A stretch of DNA of 60,909 nt, counting the filler, from Nitrospinota bacterium (GTDB taxonomy: Bacteria; JADFOP01): NCBI GenBank assembly GCA_022562795.1. It is 4 parts of 4 records of this genome, joined end to end, with 100 filler letters (N's around TTAATTAATTAA, not from the genome) between each part and the next. Parts side by side here need not be neighbours in the genome. Positions count along the whole stretch, not along the records: positions 1 to 16,287 come from JADFOP010000046.1; 3 more parts are not named here. One strand, 5' to 3'. The stretch's first letter is position 1. Each line of letters starts with the position of its first letter. The notes beneath the pieces are model-generated. The model had not been told where the DNA came from. It searched no databases and was given only the letters and a program-made list of their open reading frames with translations. The position numbers and the translations under genes are program-made. This document shows, piece by piece, positions 1 through 8,623 of the stretch.

Positions 1-199
1 CCTCCACCAGTCGCTCCTCCCTCGACTCGCCCTGCTCGAGCCTCTGGCGGAATTCGGCTGTCTTTGCCCCGAGCTCCTCGTCGCTCATGGCCTGAATCGT
101 CGGCTCAAGGGCGCCGACGGCCTCAACGATGGGCTGGATGCGCCGAAGCTCACGAACGTTCTTGGAGGGAACGAACTTGCTGATGAGGTTGGTAAACAT
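1..199 (-). CDS. secA: Preprotein translocase subunit SecA, N-terminal part (continues beyond window start)
   Basis: Manual translation from ATG at 199: MFTNLISKFVPSKNVRELRRIQPIVEAVGALEPTIQAMSDEELGAKTAEFRQRLEQGES..., a typical SecA N-terminus. Not in the ORF track. Confidence 0.9.
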   Translation of the reverse strand, partial: MFTNLISKFVPSKNVRELRRIQPIVEAVGALEPTIQAMSDEELGAKTAEFRQRLEQGESREERLVE

Positions 200-306
200 A
201 GATTTGGGTGGGCTCCGCCACTAGTTTCGCTAATTTAAACCCAATCCATATTAACGGAGTTCGATGGGGGACGCAAGGGAAGGGACGCGAGGGTACTGGG
301 TTAATT

Positions 307-720
307 TCAATCCGCAAGCTCCACGATTTCCTCTAGCTCCAAGATATGGTCAGACACGCCAGCCTCCATAGCCGGGGTAACTCGTAGCGTCGAATGGATG
401 CGAGCAAAGTTGTAGTGCATGAAATGCAGGGCCAGGACGTGTTCTAGGTTTTCAACCTTCTTGGAGTGAGCGTTAGTCAATCGCGTAAACCTTCGCATGG
501 ACATTCTGAGGGTCAGGTTGTTCCGCTCTGCAAAGCTGGTAGAAACGTGTTGTGGGTCTGGTTAGCCATTGACCTTCCGCCTTTCTGTTCCTATGCATTT
601 TGGCGGGTGTATTGTTTCTCTGATTCCGAGGCTTGGCCGTAAGGTTTATCAACTGGCAGTAATTGGCGTTGCTTCCAAATACTTCTTCAACTGCTGGAAG
701 ATATGCATTTCAAGCATCGT
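307..720 (-). pseudogene. IS1-family DDE transposase remnant (C-terminal half, with stops and frameshifts)
   Basis: Fragments ...AYLPAVEEVFGSNANYCQL.../...[50 protein letters not shown]...RVTPAMEAG match the C-terminus of this transposase group. The N-terminal half is absent. Confidence 0.8.
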
Positions 721-754
721 CAAGAGAAATACTACTCTATTTTTTTAATGAGAG

Positions 755-1039
755 CTATTTCGTTCTTTTCTTTGTTGTTTTGCGCTTCGGCTTGGGGCGA
801 GGGTTTACTTTTGCGGCATCGACCGAGAGACTGTTCTCTTTTGGGAACTTTTGAAGCCCAATTTTTAAGACTCCAACGATTACGGAGGGGGCAAGTTCGT
901 CCTCTGATGGCCCTACATTGGTTGCATTAAACCCAAACCGCACAGAAACCCCCCAAATTCCTTCGTGAATCCCTTGGTGTTTGATAAGCGCCTCTGCCAC
1001 TTCTTTATGGTCGAATATAAATTTCTCTGCCTCTACCAC
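755..1039 (-). CDS. Hypothetical protein (passenger gene downstream of hicB)
   Basis: 94-aa ORF starting 2 nt after the hicB stop, with a basic tail. Confidence 0.6.
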   Translation of the reverse strand: MVEAEKFIFDHKEVAEALIKHQGIHEGIWGVSVRFGFNATNVGPSEDELAPSVIVGVLKIGLQKFPKENSLSVDAAKVNPRPKPKRKTTKKRTK

Positions 1040-1041
1040 AC

Positions 1042-1593
1042 TTAATCTCCAATCTTATTTATATTTTGAATAAGGACGTGCGGGCCAGTTCCAACCGGGC
1101 CTTCTTCTATTACAAAGTGCTCTCCTTCTGGAAGTAATGTTCTTTCTGAGGGCTCCGTGACGGCAACAATAACATTCGCCGTACGATGAATTACGGACCT
1201 GGAAATCTTATCAGCAATTCGATTGTAAAGGTCCTCGGCCCCAACACGGGCAGCAATTGCGGATACAAGAAACTGGTTTACGCTAGTTCCGTCTTGTTTG
1301 GCCATTCTTGTTGCCAGACGATGCAAACTCCTTGGCAATCGTAGGGCAATTCTCCCGCTAAAACCGTGATTTGCAGAAGGCGGAGGAATCTCATGCCCCC
1401 GTTCTAACTCTATCTCGATCCAAGCCTTAGCTGTATTCTCAAGATTTGCAATGGCTTCTTGTGCATTATCACCATAATCAATACAACCGGGAAACTCCAA
1501 GACTTCCGCAGAGAACCCTCCTGAATCCTTGTCCTCTGTTAGAATAAAGGCGTAAGGCTCTTGTAGATATTCTTCTGGAGTCTTCTTAACCAT
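1042..1593 (-). CDS. hicB: HicB-family antitoxin with C-terminal ribbon-helix-helix
   Basis: 'GGFSAEVLEFPGCIDYGDNAQEAIANLENTAKAWIE...GHEIPPP' and 'FSGRIALRLPRSLH...GTSVNQF'. Start taken at MVKKT, overlapping the hicA stop. Confidence 0.85.
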   Translation of the reverse strand: MVKKTPEEYLQEPYAFILTEDKDSGGFSAEVLEFPGCIDYGDNAQEAIANLENTAKAWIEIELERGHEIPPPSANHGFSGRIALRLPRSLHRLATRMAKQDGTSVNQFLVSAIAARVGAEDLYNRIADKISRSVIHRTANVIVAVTEPSERTLLPEGEHFVIEEGPVGTGPHVLIQNINKIGD

Positions 1594-1891
1594 GTTCGTT
1601 ACCCCCGAATATTTGGAGTCTCTCAGCCCACAGACCCCAATCTTCCTCAAGATGGTCTAAGATGCTCATTGCGGCCTTTGGCAGGGGACCTTTAGAGTGA
1701 TGTGGAATGCTCAAAGATCGTATTCCGGGAAAATCCTTGCTTACCCACATTGGATGTTTTGTTCCCTTCCCTGCTCTCTTTCGCCCAAGCGATCCCGCAA
1801 GTCTTTCTAGTTCACTAGTTTTTATGTTTGCTGGCCTTAGTCTCAGCTTATCTATTCTCTCTCTCAGTCTGCGTAGCTTTCGGATATTCAT
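1586..1891 (-). CDS. hicA: HicA-like toxin (mRNA interferase)
   Basis: Small basic protein with 'GKGTKH' and 'SIPHH' motifs, directly upstream of hicB. Confidence 0.65.
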   Translation of the reverse strand: MNIRKLRRLRERIDKLRLRPANIKTSELERLAGSLGRKRAGKGTKHPMWVSKDFPGIRSLSIPHHSKGPLPKAAMSILDHLEEDWGLWAERLQIFGGNEHG

Positions 1892-1947
1892 GATATCATA
1901 GGTGATATCATTATAATACCATCGTCCAAAAATTGCAAGTCTTTAGT

Positions 1948-2196
1948 TTATTTTTTTCGCCATCTCGTCTCAGCCGCCTTTTTTGCTATTTCAACTCGTC
2001 GCTTTTTGGAGAGCTTCTTGGCTCGTGCGGGGCCACCTTTCTTTCCACCTAGCCGTCCCAGAGCGACGGCGTGAGGGTTCTTCTCCTTATCCTTATCTGG
2101 CTCCGATTTGTCCTTGGTGGCCGACTTTACTATTTTAGTAGCGAGGACGTTGACATCATCGGGCGGGGCTTTTTTCTTTCTTGAGCGTTCAGGCAT
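1948..2196 (-). CDS. Small basic Lys-rich protein of the kind often found with IS1-like elements
   Basis: 'KNPHAVALGRLGGKKGGPARAKKLS...EIAKKAAETRW' motif, just inside the element end. Confidence 0.75.
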   Translation of the reverse strand: MPERSRKKKAPPDDVNVLATKIVKSATKDKSEPDKDKEKNPHAVALGRLGGKKGGPARAKKLSKKRRVEIAKKAAETRWRKK

Positions 2197-2345
2197 ATTA
2201 CTAATACGCCATATTGCGCTCCGAATTGCCAGGCCTAATCATATAGCGTAGAGTTCAAACTGCCCCAGTACCGACGCGAGGGGCTCTCATGGCTTTGGCC
2301 CGGCCTCGGTCGAAAGCCTAAACGAAAAGACCCAGCGGATCTCAG

Positions 2346-3314
2346 CTAAAACGTATTTTCCTCTAATAAGATGTATCGCTTGGGGTTGACCGGAACCCCG
2401 TTGAGGTGAACTTCGTAATGGAGGTGAGAGCCGGTCGAGCGGCCCGTGTCTCCAACTCGGGCTATCGGGTCGCCCCGCTCCACCCGCTGGCCGGCTCGAA
2501 CGAGAATATGGGAGTTGTGGCCGTACCGGGTCTTGAGTCCGTAGCCGTGGTCGATCTCCACCAACTTGCCGAAATCGTACTCGGTCACCACGCGTACGAC
2601 CACCCCGTCGGCGGGCGCGACGACGAGCGCCCCCTTGCGGGAAGCGATGTCCATGCCCGTGTGCAAGGACCTCTTTCCGGTGAAGGGCGAGACGCGGCGG
2701 CCGAAACCGCTGGTCACCCAGCCCCGCACGGGCCAGATGGACGGCGTGTAGGCCAGCAGGCTCTTCAGGTCATGGAAGGCGCTCACCAGCTCGTGGAAGC
2801 TCTCCTCCTGGCGGCCCGTGGCCTCCTTGAGCTTTGCCAACTCCTGGCGCATTGTATCGATGAGGGTCGACTGGCTATCAGCTATGAAGACATCCTCGCC
2901 GGATGAGGCCTTCGTGTTGGGACCCCCGAGGCCGAGCAGCGGTTTGGAGCTTTCCGTTGTCGGCTCCAGGCTCGCCAGCAGACGAAGCTTACGGTCCAGC
3001 TTCTGCATCCGCTGGAGCTGGTTATTAAGGCCCTCTATCTCCTCAGACATGGAGGCAAGCTGCATTGGGTGCGAGCTCGACCCAGCCTGCATGTAGGCGA
3101 GCTCGCCTGCATGGCGGTGAAGAGAGCGGTATGAAAAAGCAAGTAGAATGAGGCCGGCAATGCAAAACAGCCCGGCGAGGGCCGCAATTCGCAGCCAGCG
3201 ACGACGGAGTACCATCGTTCGTGGACGGCCAGCTCCATCGGGCAGGACGATGACCGTTAGGGTATCGCGTCGACCCACAAAACCCTCTCCACTCAACTTA
3301 TCAGGCGGGGACAC
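2346..3314 (-). CDS. M23-family metallopeptidase (TM helix + coiled coil + LytM domain)
   Basis: HTGMDI (HxxxD), 'YGHNS' and 'STGSHLHYEV' (HxH) motifs. Confidence 0.9.
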   Translation of the reverse strand: MSPPDKLSGEGFVGRRDTLTVIVLPDGAGRPRTMVLRRRWLRIAALAGLFCIAGLILLAFSYRSLHRHAGELAYMQAGSSSHPMQLASMSEEIEGLNNQLQRMQKLDRKLRLLASLEPTTESSKPLLGLGGPNTKASSGEDVFIADSQSTLIDTMRQELAKLKEATGRQEESFHELVSAFHDLKSLLAYTPSIWPVRGWVTSGFGRRVSPFTGKRSLHTGMDIASRKGALVVAPADGVVVRVVTEYDFGKLVEIDHGYGLKTRYGHNSHILVRAGQRVERGDPIARVGDTGRSTGSHLHYEVHLNGVPVNPKRYILLEENTF

Positions 3315-3553
3315 CGGCCGCTAATTGGGAACTACATTCAAGATGGACCGGGTGGACGTAAAATCGGGTAAATTTAACACACCAGGTCACCCCTGTCAAG
3401 CCGCTTTTTCGATAAGTCATTCAATTCCAAGCCGTTACATAACAGATGTCTGCCACGGATGAGAACACCCCAAACGACGGCAAATTACACCCTGCTCCTT
3501 GAGAAACTACTGAAAGGATGGAGCGGCGATATTTGGCAGCAAGGGCAGACACA

Positions 3554-4066
3554 TCACTTGCCCGCAATCACAATATCTCCCTTTACGGACTCCAGAAGCG
3601 CGATGAGCTCCCCCTGCTCGTGCCCGGGCACTTTGAGCATATAGAGGGTCTCGTTGAAGTTCGCCATCATTGCCTGCCACTCGACCTCATTGATGTAGAG
3701 ATGCTTATGCGACTCCTTCATCGAGCGGCCTTCGTAGCTGCAAGGCCCGCCCGTCGCCTGACAGACGAACTGGGTGACCAAGAACTTGAGCACTGGCGCG
3801 GGAACCTTCTTTCGTGCCTCATCGACGTCGGGGTTGGCGTTGAGGACGGGGTTGGCCACCAGGCGGTCGATAAAGTCATCAACCACCACCGAGATGGGCC
3901 CTACACCGCCGAGCCGCTCGTAGAGGCTTTTTTCGTGCTTCTCTCCGGCAATGATGAGTGTGGCGCCGACCCCTACGAGCAGGAGGGTGGCGAGGAGCAT
4001 AGGAATGGTCCTGCTCAGACGTGTCAAAAACCGAAATGGATAGCGACAAAGGCCGATAGACGTCAT
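3554..4066 (-). CDS. Group 1 truncated hemoglobin with N-terminal hydrophobic/export segment
   Basis: 'SLYERLGG', 'FVCQATGGPCSYEGRSMKESHKHL'. RBS TAAGGAGG precedes the ATG at 4066. Confidence 0.9.
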   Translation of the reverse strand: MTSIGLCRYPFRFLTRLSRTIPMLLATLLLVGVGATLIIAGEKHEKSLYERLGGVGPISVVVDDFIDRLVANPVLNANPDVDEARKKVPAPVLKFLVTQFVCQATGGPCSYEGRSMKESHKHLYINEVEWQAMMANFNETLYMLKVPGHEQGELIALLESVKGDIVIAGK

Positions 4067-4143
4067 GGCGGTCCTCCTTATATGATTGGGACCAGGGGTG
4101 GGTGTGAGTTTGAGGGATTCGGCCCGCTCGCGAGCCATCAATG

Positions 4144-4177
4144 TATCAACCCTTATACAGTATCAACCCTTATACAG
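4144..4177. repeat. Perfect 17-bp tandem duplication (TATCAACCCTTATACAG x2)
   Basis: 4144-4160 is identical to 4161-4177; lies upstream of the globin gene. Confidence 0.9.
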
Positions 4178-4194
4178 TCTCATATCCCTCCAAG

Positions 4195-4290
4195 TCAAGC
4201 TCCCCGTTTGCCCGGGAGGGTCTCGTACATCCGGAAAGCCACCACAAGCCCCGATGTAAGAGTAAGGGCCGCGATGACGTGGATGGCCGT
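4195..4290 (-). pseudogene. 3' remnant of an MFS transporter gene paralogous to 10303-11589
   Basis: Translates TAIHVIAALTLTSGLVVAFRMYETLPGKRGA*, versus AAIHVIAALTMLSGLVVAFRMYETLPGKRGT* at the end of the intact MFS. Confidence 0.85.
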
Positions 4291-4294
4291 CGGC

Positions 4295-4900
4295 TCACAG
4301 CTGCGTTCTCTTCAGCAGTTGCCGAACATCTTGGAGAATATCCTCTGGAGGTGTGATGGAGGCATGGCGCAGGCGCCACAGGCCGTCTGGGTCAATCACG
4401 AAGGCGGAGGTGTTGTGATTCACAAGATAGTCCTTTCCCGTGGCACCCACAGAAGCCTTCTCGCGGAAGACACCATAGGCCGCGTAGACTGACTCCAGCT
4501 CGACTTGGGTTCCCGTCAACCCGACGAAATCAGCATTAAAGGTCGCTAAGTGTTGCTGCAAACGTTGTGACCCATCTCGCTCCGGGTCTACGGTGATGAA
4601 AACAAATCGAACACGTTCGGCGTCAGCTCCCAGGGCCTCGTGGACCTTCGTCCACTTAGTCAGCGTAAGAGGGCATGCACCTGGGCAATGGGTGTAACCG
4701 AAGTAAAGGAGCACAACCCGACCCCGCTGTTCGCTCAGGCGGAAAGGCTGGCCGTGCTGGTCGGCGAGGGTGAAGTCGGGCGCTGACACTGGGGGCTTCA
4801 GTACGGTTCCCAGGAACGAGGGCGACTGCTGCTCACAGGATGTAAGCATCAGTCCAGCCAACAGCACCATCACCAAACCAATGGTCATCCCCTTGCGCAT
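4295..4900 (-). CDS. SCO family copper chaperone (probable lipoprotein)
   Basis: 'FGYTHCPGACP' CxxxC, 'TVDPERD', conserved His in 'YLVNH', lipobox-like LTSC. Confidence 0.9.
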   Translation of the reverse strand: MRKGMTIGLVMVLLAGLMLTSCEQQSPSFLGTVLKPPVSAPDFTLADQHGQPFRLSEQRGRVVLLYFGYTHCPGACPLTLTKWTKVHEALGADAERVRFVFITVDPERDGSQRLQQHLATFNADFVGLTGTQVELESVYAAYGVFREKASVGATGKDYLVNHNTSAFVIDPDGLWRLRHASITPPEDILQDVRQLLKRTQL

Positions 4901-4931
4901 AACTTCTCTCCTTACTCTAGTTCCCAACGCC

Positions 4932-5402
4932 TCAATAAGGCCAGAACTTCGAGTACTTGGCGTCGATGGCTTGCTTGATCTCCGGGACGGGCCTTCCCTG
5001 CTTGTACATGGCATACGCATCCAGCGTAATGTTGAGGCAGATGGCTCACCCAACCGCGTGCGTGTCAACGTAACAGTCCAGGTTGTTCTGGTGGCTGTTC
5101 GTCTTATAGCAACCGCAGTAGCACGGCATCCTTTCTATGAGCTCGGGCACCTCCCGCGCAATCCGGTAGGCCTCGGCGACCTTGCCCGTGAAGAGGCCGG
5201 GAGGGAGGGTCGCCGGGCGAGGATTTCGGGGGATGGCTGGTAACGCGAAGGCCGGTCGAGCGCCCAGGGCTGAGCCCCCGACTGGCCTGGACTGCCACCA
5301 CCAGTATCCTCCGGCTCCTACCACGACGACGAGAACACCAACCAGAAGAATCCAGCGGCTCTCCGTTCTGGGTTTTTTAGTATATCTTTTCTTCTTGGCC
5401 AT
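4932..5402 (-). CDS. PCYCGC-motif membrane-anchored protein, putative selenoprotein (Sec119, UxxC)
   Basis: In-frame TGA at 5046-5048. Readthrough gives ...PCYCGC...DTHAVG-U-AICLNITLDAYAMYKQGRPVPEIKQAIDAKYS..., which completes the family's H-xxx-CxxC and C-terminal helix. Confidence 0.85.
5014..5028 (-). promoter_or_regulatory. Candidate SECIS hairpin (PCYCGC gene)
   Basis: TACGC-TGGAT-GCGTA, loop starts 22 nt after the UGA. Confidence 0.55.
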
Positions 5403-5474
5403 ACGTAAGCCCTCCTCATTGAAATGTGAGTCCTATTGTTTTGTTCATGAACAAATTCCGGAGGAGTCCCTTCA

Positions 5475-6698
5475 TTACCTTTCTTCAACCAAGTAGATAG
5501 AGCGCCTCGATTCCCTCCCGATGCGGATCAAGACCTGGTCGCTTATCCAGGTCTGGGGCGTTATCTGGCTGATGGTTTCTTCCTGACCAATTAGGAACCC
5601 AATAAGGTAGGCCTGGCCATCTTCCCAAGCCGTGTCACCGGGGTCTTCATTGGTTAGAGGGAACGCAAATTCGTACTCGCGGGTTGAGCCCACCGACCTA
5701 AACCCTGCCCCTAGCAAATTGCTCGTTTGGTCCTGGACCAGGAACCCTGAGGCCATTCACGTATGGGCTCCTTTCGTCGACCGGGGACGGGGTGTTCTCA
5801 CATTGGGGTCAACGCCGATAAAATAATCCTCTATTCCACTACGCGTCAGCAGTTTGGCGTCATTGAAGTCGCCGATCATCCCGTGATGTTCGAAGTCCTT
5901 AAAGAGCATCGCAATCCAGTTCTTGGTGTCCGCCCTAATGGCGAAATAGATTGCTCCTTGGTGAATTTTCGTCCAGACCTCCAGGTGGTATTGCTTTGGG
6001 TCATTCACGATGACATCCCCAGAGGTGCCTCAGCCATAATCGGTCACTGTGGGGTAGTTGGCCCCCACGTGGATTCGTTTGTGGGCAGCGTCCCACCACT
6101 CATTGGGGTCGATGACGCCGTCGAGGCGCGGCGGGGACCCCTGGCGGGCAACGAAGGAAGTGTTGAACTGGGCCAGAGGGAGGGTTTTGTCCCGAAGCTC
6201 CGCTGGGTACTCTGTCGGGTTATATTTCACAACCACTTGGCCCGGGCCGCCGCCGCATCCTATCCCATAGACGTCCCCTGTTATTGCATCCACGTGGAGA
6301 TGGAAGTGGTCCGTGGCGTAGCGAACGGGACCGATATGATAGCTCACGGCGCTATTAGGCAGGTGGGTGTCAAACATGTAGACGAAGGCCCCGTGCTCAA
6401 AGGTGAAAGCCTCAAACTCCAGCTCTTTGGCTCCCGGGTAGGTGCGCTCCAAAAATTTCCTCGCGATGGCTTCGGCCAGGCCGCTGGAGATTTTCACCTG
6501 GCTGGCGTCGAGCAGGTAATCGCCTCGGCTGTCCAGGTAGTATGTCTTTCCTGAAGGGCCCGTCTCCACGCTGGCTGCGATCTTCTCTGGGTTTTCAACT
6601 ATTGTGGCGAGCCGACCACCGCAGGCGTGTGTGGTGTGTGGGAGAAATAGCACCAAGGCCCCAGCCACCACAAAGGGTATGAATTTTATCCGTTTCAT
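5475..6698 (-). CDS. Secreted 407-aa protein (PepSY-like region + CBM9/DOMON-like region), putative selenoprotein with two Sec (U223, U314)
   Basis: ORFs 6030-6698, 5757-6008 and 5475-5756 share one frame and are separated only by TGA (6030-6032, 5757-5759); final stop is TAA. Signal peptide present; motifs 'HVDAITGDV', 'PPRLDGVIDPNEW', 'IYFAI', 'REYEFAFPL'. Confidence 0.75.
5731..5743 (-). promoter_or_regulatory. Candidate SECIS hairpin (second UGA of the 407-aa protein)
   Basis: TCCTG-GTC-CAGGA, loop 18 nt after the UGA; stem extendable by GG/CC. Confidence 0.55.
6000..6014 (-). promoter_or_regulatory. Candidate SECIS hairpin (first UGA of the 407-aa protein)
   Basis: GTCAT-CGTGA-ATGAC, loop 20 nt after the UGA; lower stem TGG/CCA. 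Confidence 0.55.
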
Positions 6699-6872
6699 TG
6701 TAAATCCTCCTGATTACTTGGTTTTCACCCAAAAATTTTACGCCCAAGCATGGTCTGGTTTAGATTAGTTGAGTGCGCTAAACGTTTTTCAACTGTCTTA
6801 AATCTTCGCTAGCCCAGTTACCCATTTACTGCTTTTGTATCGCACCCATCTCAACTGGCCCTTTTCCTTCTT

Positions 6873-7460
6873 CTAACGATGATGATCGATGCCTTTGTAA
6901 GCCTCGATGAACTTTACAATCCGTTCCTCATCGAACCCATCAAACTTGTCGATACGTCCCCAGGCCGTCAGGGCGATGGTCTTGTCTAATCGTGGGTTGG
7001 GCGCCAGAATGACGTATCGGTCATACCGCCTGACGACCTGCTCTAACTGCTGGATCAACCGGCCACAATTCCGACAGCGGTATTGGACCAACACACCGCC
7101 GTCTTCGAGATTGTGGACCTGCACCTCGTCAGGGATCGGTGCTTGATGAATCCCCCACCGGGCTAAGGAACCCAAATGGGGGCCAGAGGTGGGAGGGAGG
7201 CTGTTGTAGGGGGGATGCGGGGTGTCGGGAGAGGATATGTGCCACGTGGGCTGAACCGGTATGGCGGTTCCAACCGAGCTTTTCATCATTTGGTTGACGA
7301 ACCACCCTCCGGCCAGAACAACCACCGACAGCCCGATAAGCGGGAGCGCCATCGCGCTAGATTTCTTACGCCGCTTCTCTTCCTGCCGCCTTCTGCGTCG
7401 CTCTTTCTTGCTTGACAAAAGCTCTACCCTCCCTGATGGGAACTCAAGACATCTTTTCAT
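6873..7460 (-). CDS. DUF3105-family membrane-anchored protein (true start may be downstream)
   Basis: 'YNSLPPTSGPH', 'VHNLEDGGVLVQY', 'IALTAWG' motifs. Confidence 0.8.
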   Translation of the reverse strand: MKRCLEFPSGRVELLSSKKERRRRRQEEKRRKKSSAMALPLIGLSVVVLAGGWFVNQMMKSSVGTAIPVQPTWHISSPDTPHPPYNSLPPTSGPHLGSLARWGIHQAPIPDEVQVHNLEDGGVLVQYRCRNCGRLIQQLEQVVRRYDRYVILAPNPRLDKTIALTAWGRIDKFDGFDEERIVKFIEAYKGIDHHR

Positions 7461-7530
7461 AAGCCCTCACTGCAAGGGCTATGTGGCACAGTGAAAAGTA
7501 ACCTATGAAAATGCCTTTCTTCGCAGACAT

Positions 7531-8097
7531 CTAGAGGAGCTCCTTGATTTGCTTGGAAAGGACGGCCAACGTCAGGGAACCGAAGTGCTTGTAGGCTATC
7601 TTGCCGTTTCGGTCGATAAAAAATGTCTCCGGTACTGCATATACCCCGTAGTCAATCGTTATCTTGCCGTCATGGTCCGGCCCGTTGGGATAGGTCTTGC
7701 CGTGCTCCCTAATGAAGGCCAAGGCTTCCCTTCGCTCATCCTGGATGTTCACCCCGACGAAAACCACTCCTCGATCTCGGAAGGTCAGCCAGCCTCCCTC
7801 CAGGATAGGAGCCTCAAGCTTGCAGGGGATACACCACGAGGCCCAGAAGTTGATGACCACGACTTGGCCAAGGTAGTCAGCCAGGGAAAAGCGCTCGCCG
7901 TTGAACAGGACAAACTCCAGGGGCGGGGTCTGCTGGTTGACCAGGGGTGATGGAATGAAGCGGGCGTTTTTGGTTAGACCCCATGCGAAGAGCCCCACCA
8001 GCCCGAGCAGACCGCCAAAGACCCATAACGGAGTCCAAAATCTCCGGACTGATGATACCGCGTTTAGCCTGGAAGCTTGGTGGATCTTTTCGTCCAC
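7531..8097 (-). CDS. TlpA/CcmG-like thiol-disulfide oxidoreductase
   Basis: N-terminal TM helix, 'NFWASWCIPC', 'YGVYAVPETFFID'. Confidence 0.9.
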   Translation of the reverse strand: MDEKIHQASRLNAVSSVRRFWTPLWVFGGLLGLVGLFAWGLTKNARFIPSPLVNQQTPPLEFVLFNGERFSLADYLGQVVVINFWASWCIPCKLEAPILEGGWLTFRDRGVVFVGVNIQDERREALAFIREHGKTYPNGPDHDGKITIDYGVYAVPETFFIDRNGKIAYKHFGSLTLAVLSKQIKELL

Positions 8098-8300
8098 GAC
8101 GTCTTCCCCTCAATGGTCGGACGACCTCCCCTGATAAGGGGGCGCTGCCCTATCTGTGCCTGGTATCGTCCAAACCATAGAGGAGTCGTCCTCCTTCGGC
8201 GAGGCTAGGCCTCGATCCAGACCGTTGGCACCGTATCACCCTAATTAGCCTCCCCTCCGGGAATGAAGCAAAACCGACATAGAGTTAGCCGGGTGATGTT

Positions 8301-8582
8301 TTAGGCCCTCTTCCCGTCACGCCCCTCACTCGTTCCTTCTTTTAATGACGTAGGTATGGGCGCTCCTTTAGCTGATCCCACCTCGTCTTGCAGGGCCTCA
8401 ATGTGACGGGCTATCTCTTGTTGCTGTGCCCGGAGCATCGCCAGCTTCTCTTCCGGCGTACCCTCCTGAGTATTCTTCTCTGGTGACGATTCTGAAGGGC
8501 CATGTTTTCCCATACCCCTCATGCAGAAATACATCATCAAGGGGCAAGCCAACAATAACAGCAGCAGAACTAGATTATTCAT
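8301..8582 (-). CDS. DUF2933-like small membrane protein
   Basis: 'LLLACPLMMYFCMRGMGKHG' motif. Confidence 0.7.
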   Translation of the reverse strand: MNNLVLLLLLLACPLMMYFCMRGMGKHGPSESSPEKNTQEGTPEEKLAMLRAQQQEIARHIEALQDEVGSAKGAPIPTSLKEGTSEGRDGKRA

Positions 8583-8623
8583 GACTGTTTCCTTTCACTT
8601 AGAATCCCCTTGTTAACCTGGGC

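Larger units (their letters stand above)
292..2272. mobile_element. IS1-family-like non-autonomous element with passenger genes (hicAB)
   Basis: Imperfect terminal inverted repeats GGTACTGGGTTAATTTCAA (292-310) and, on the reverse strand, GGTACTGGGGCAGTTTGAA (2254-2272), 15/19 identical. Flanked by the 8-bp direct repeat GACGCGAG (284-291, 2273-2280). Interior is AT-rich with a transposase remnant. Confidence 0.85.

Noticed and set aside
8098-8178. ATG at 8178 with an in-frame TGA (8110-8112) upstream of the TlpA gene, as a further Sec candidate
   Set aside because: The extension resembles no TlpA region, has no Cys-motif context, and the GTG at 8097 has its own purine-rich RBS. Probably chance, but not fully excluded.
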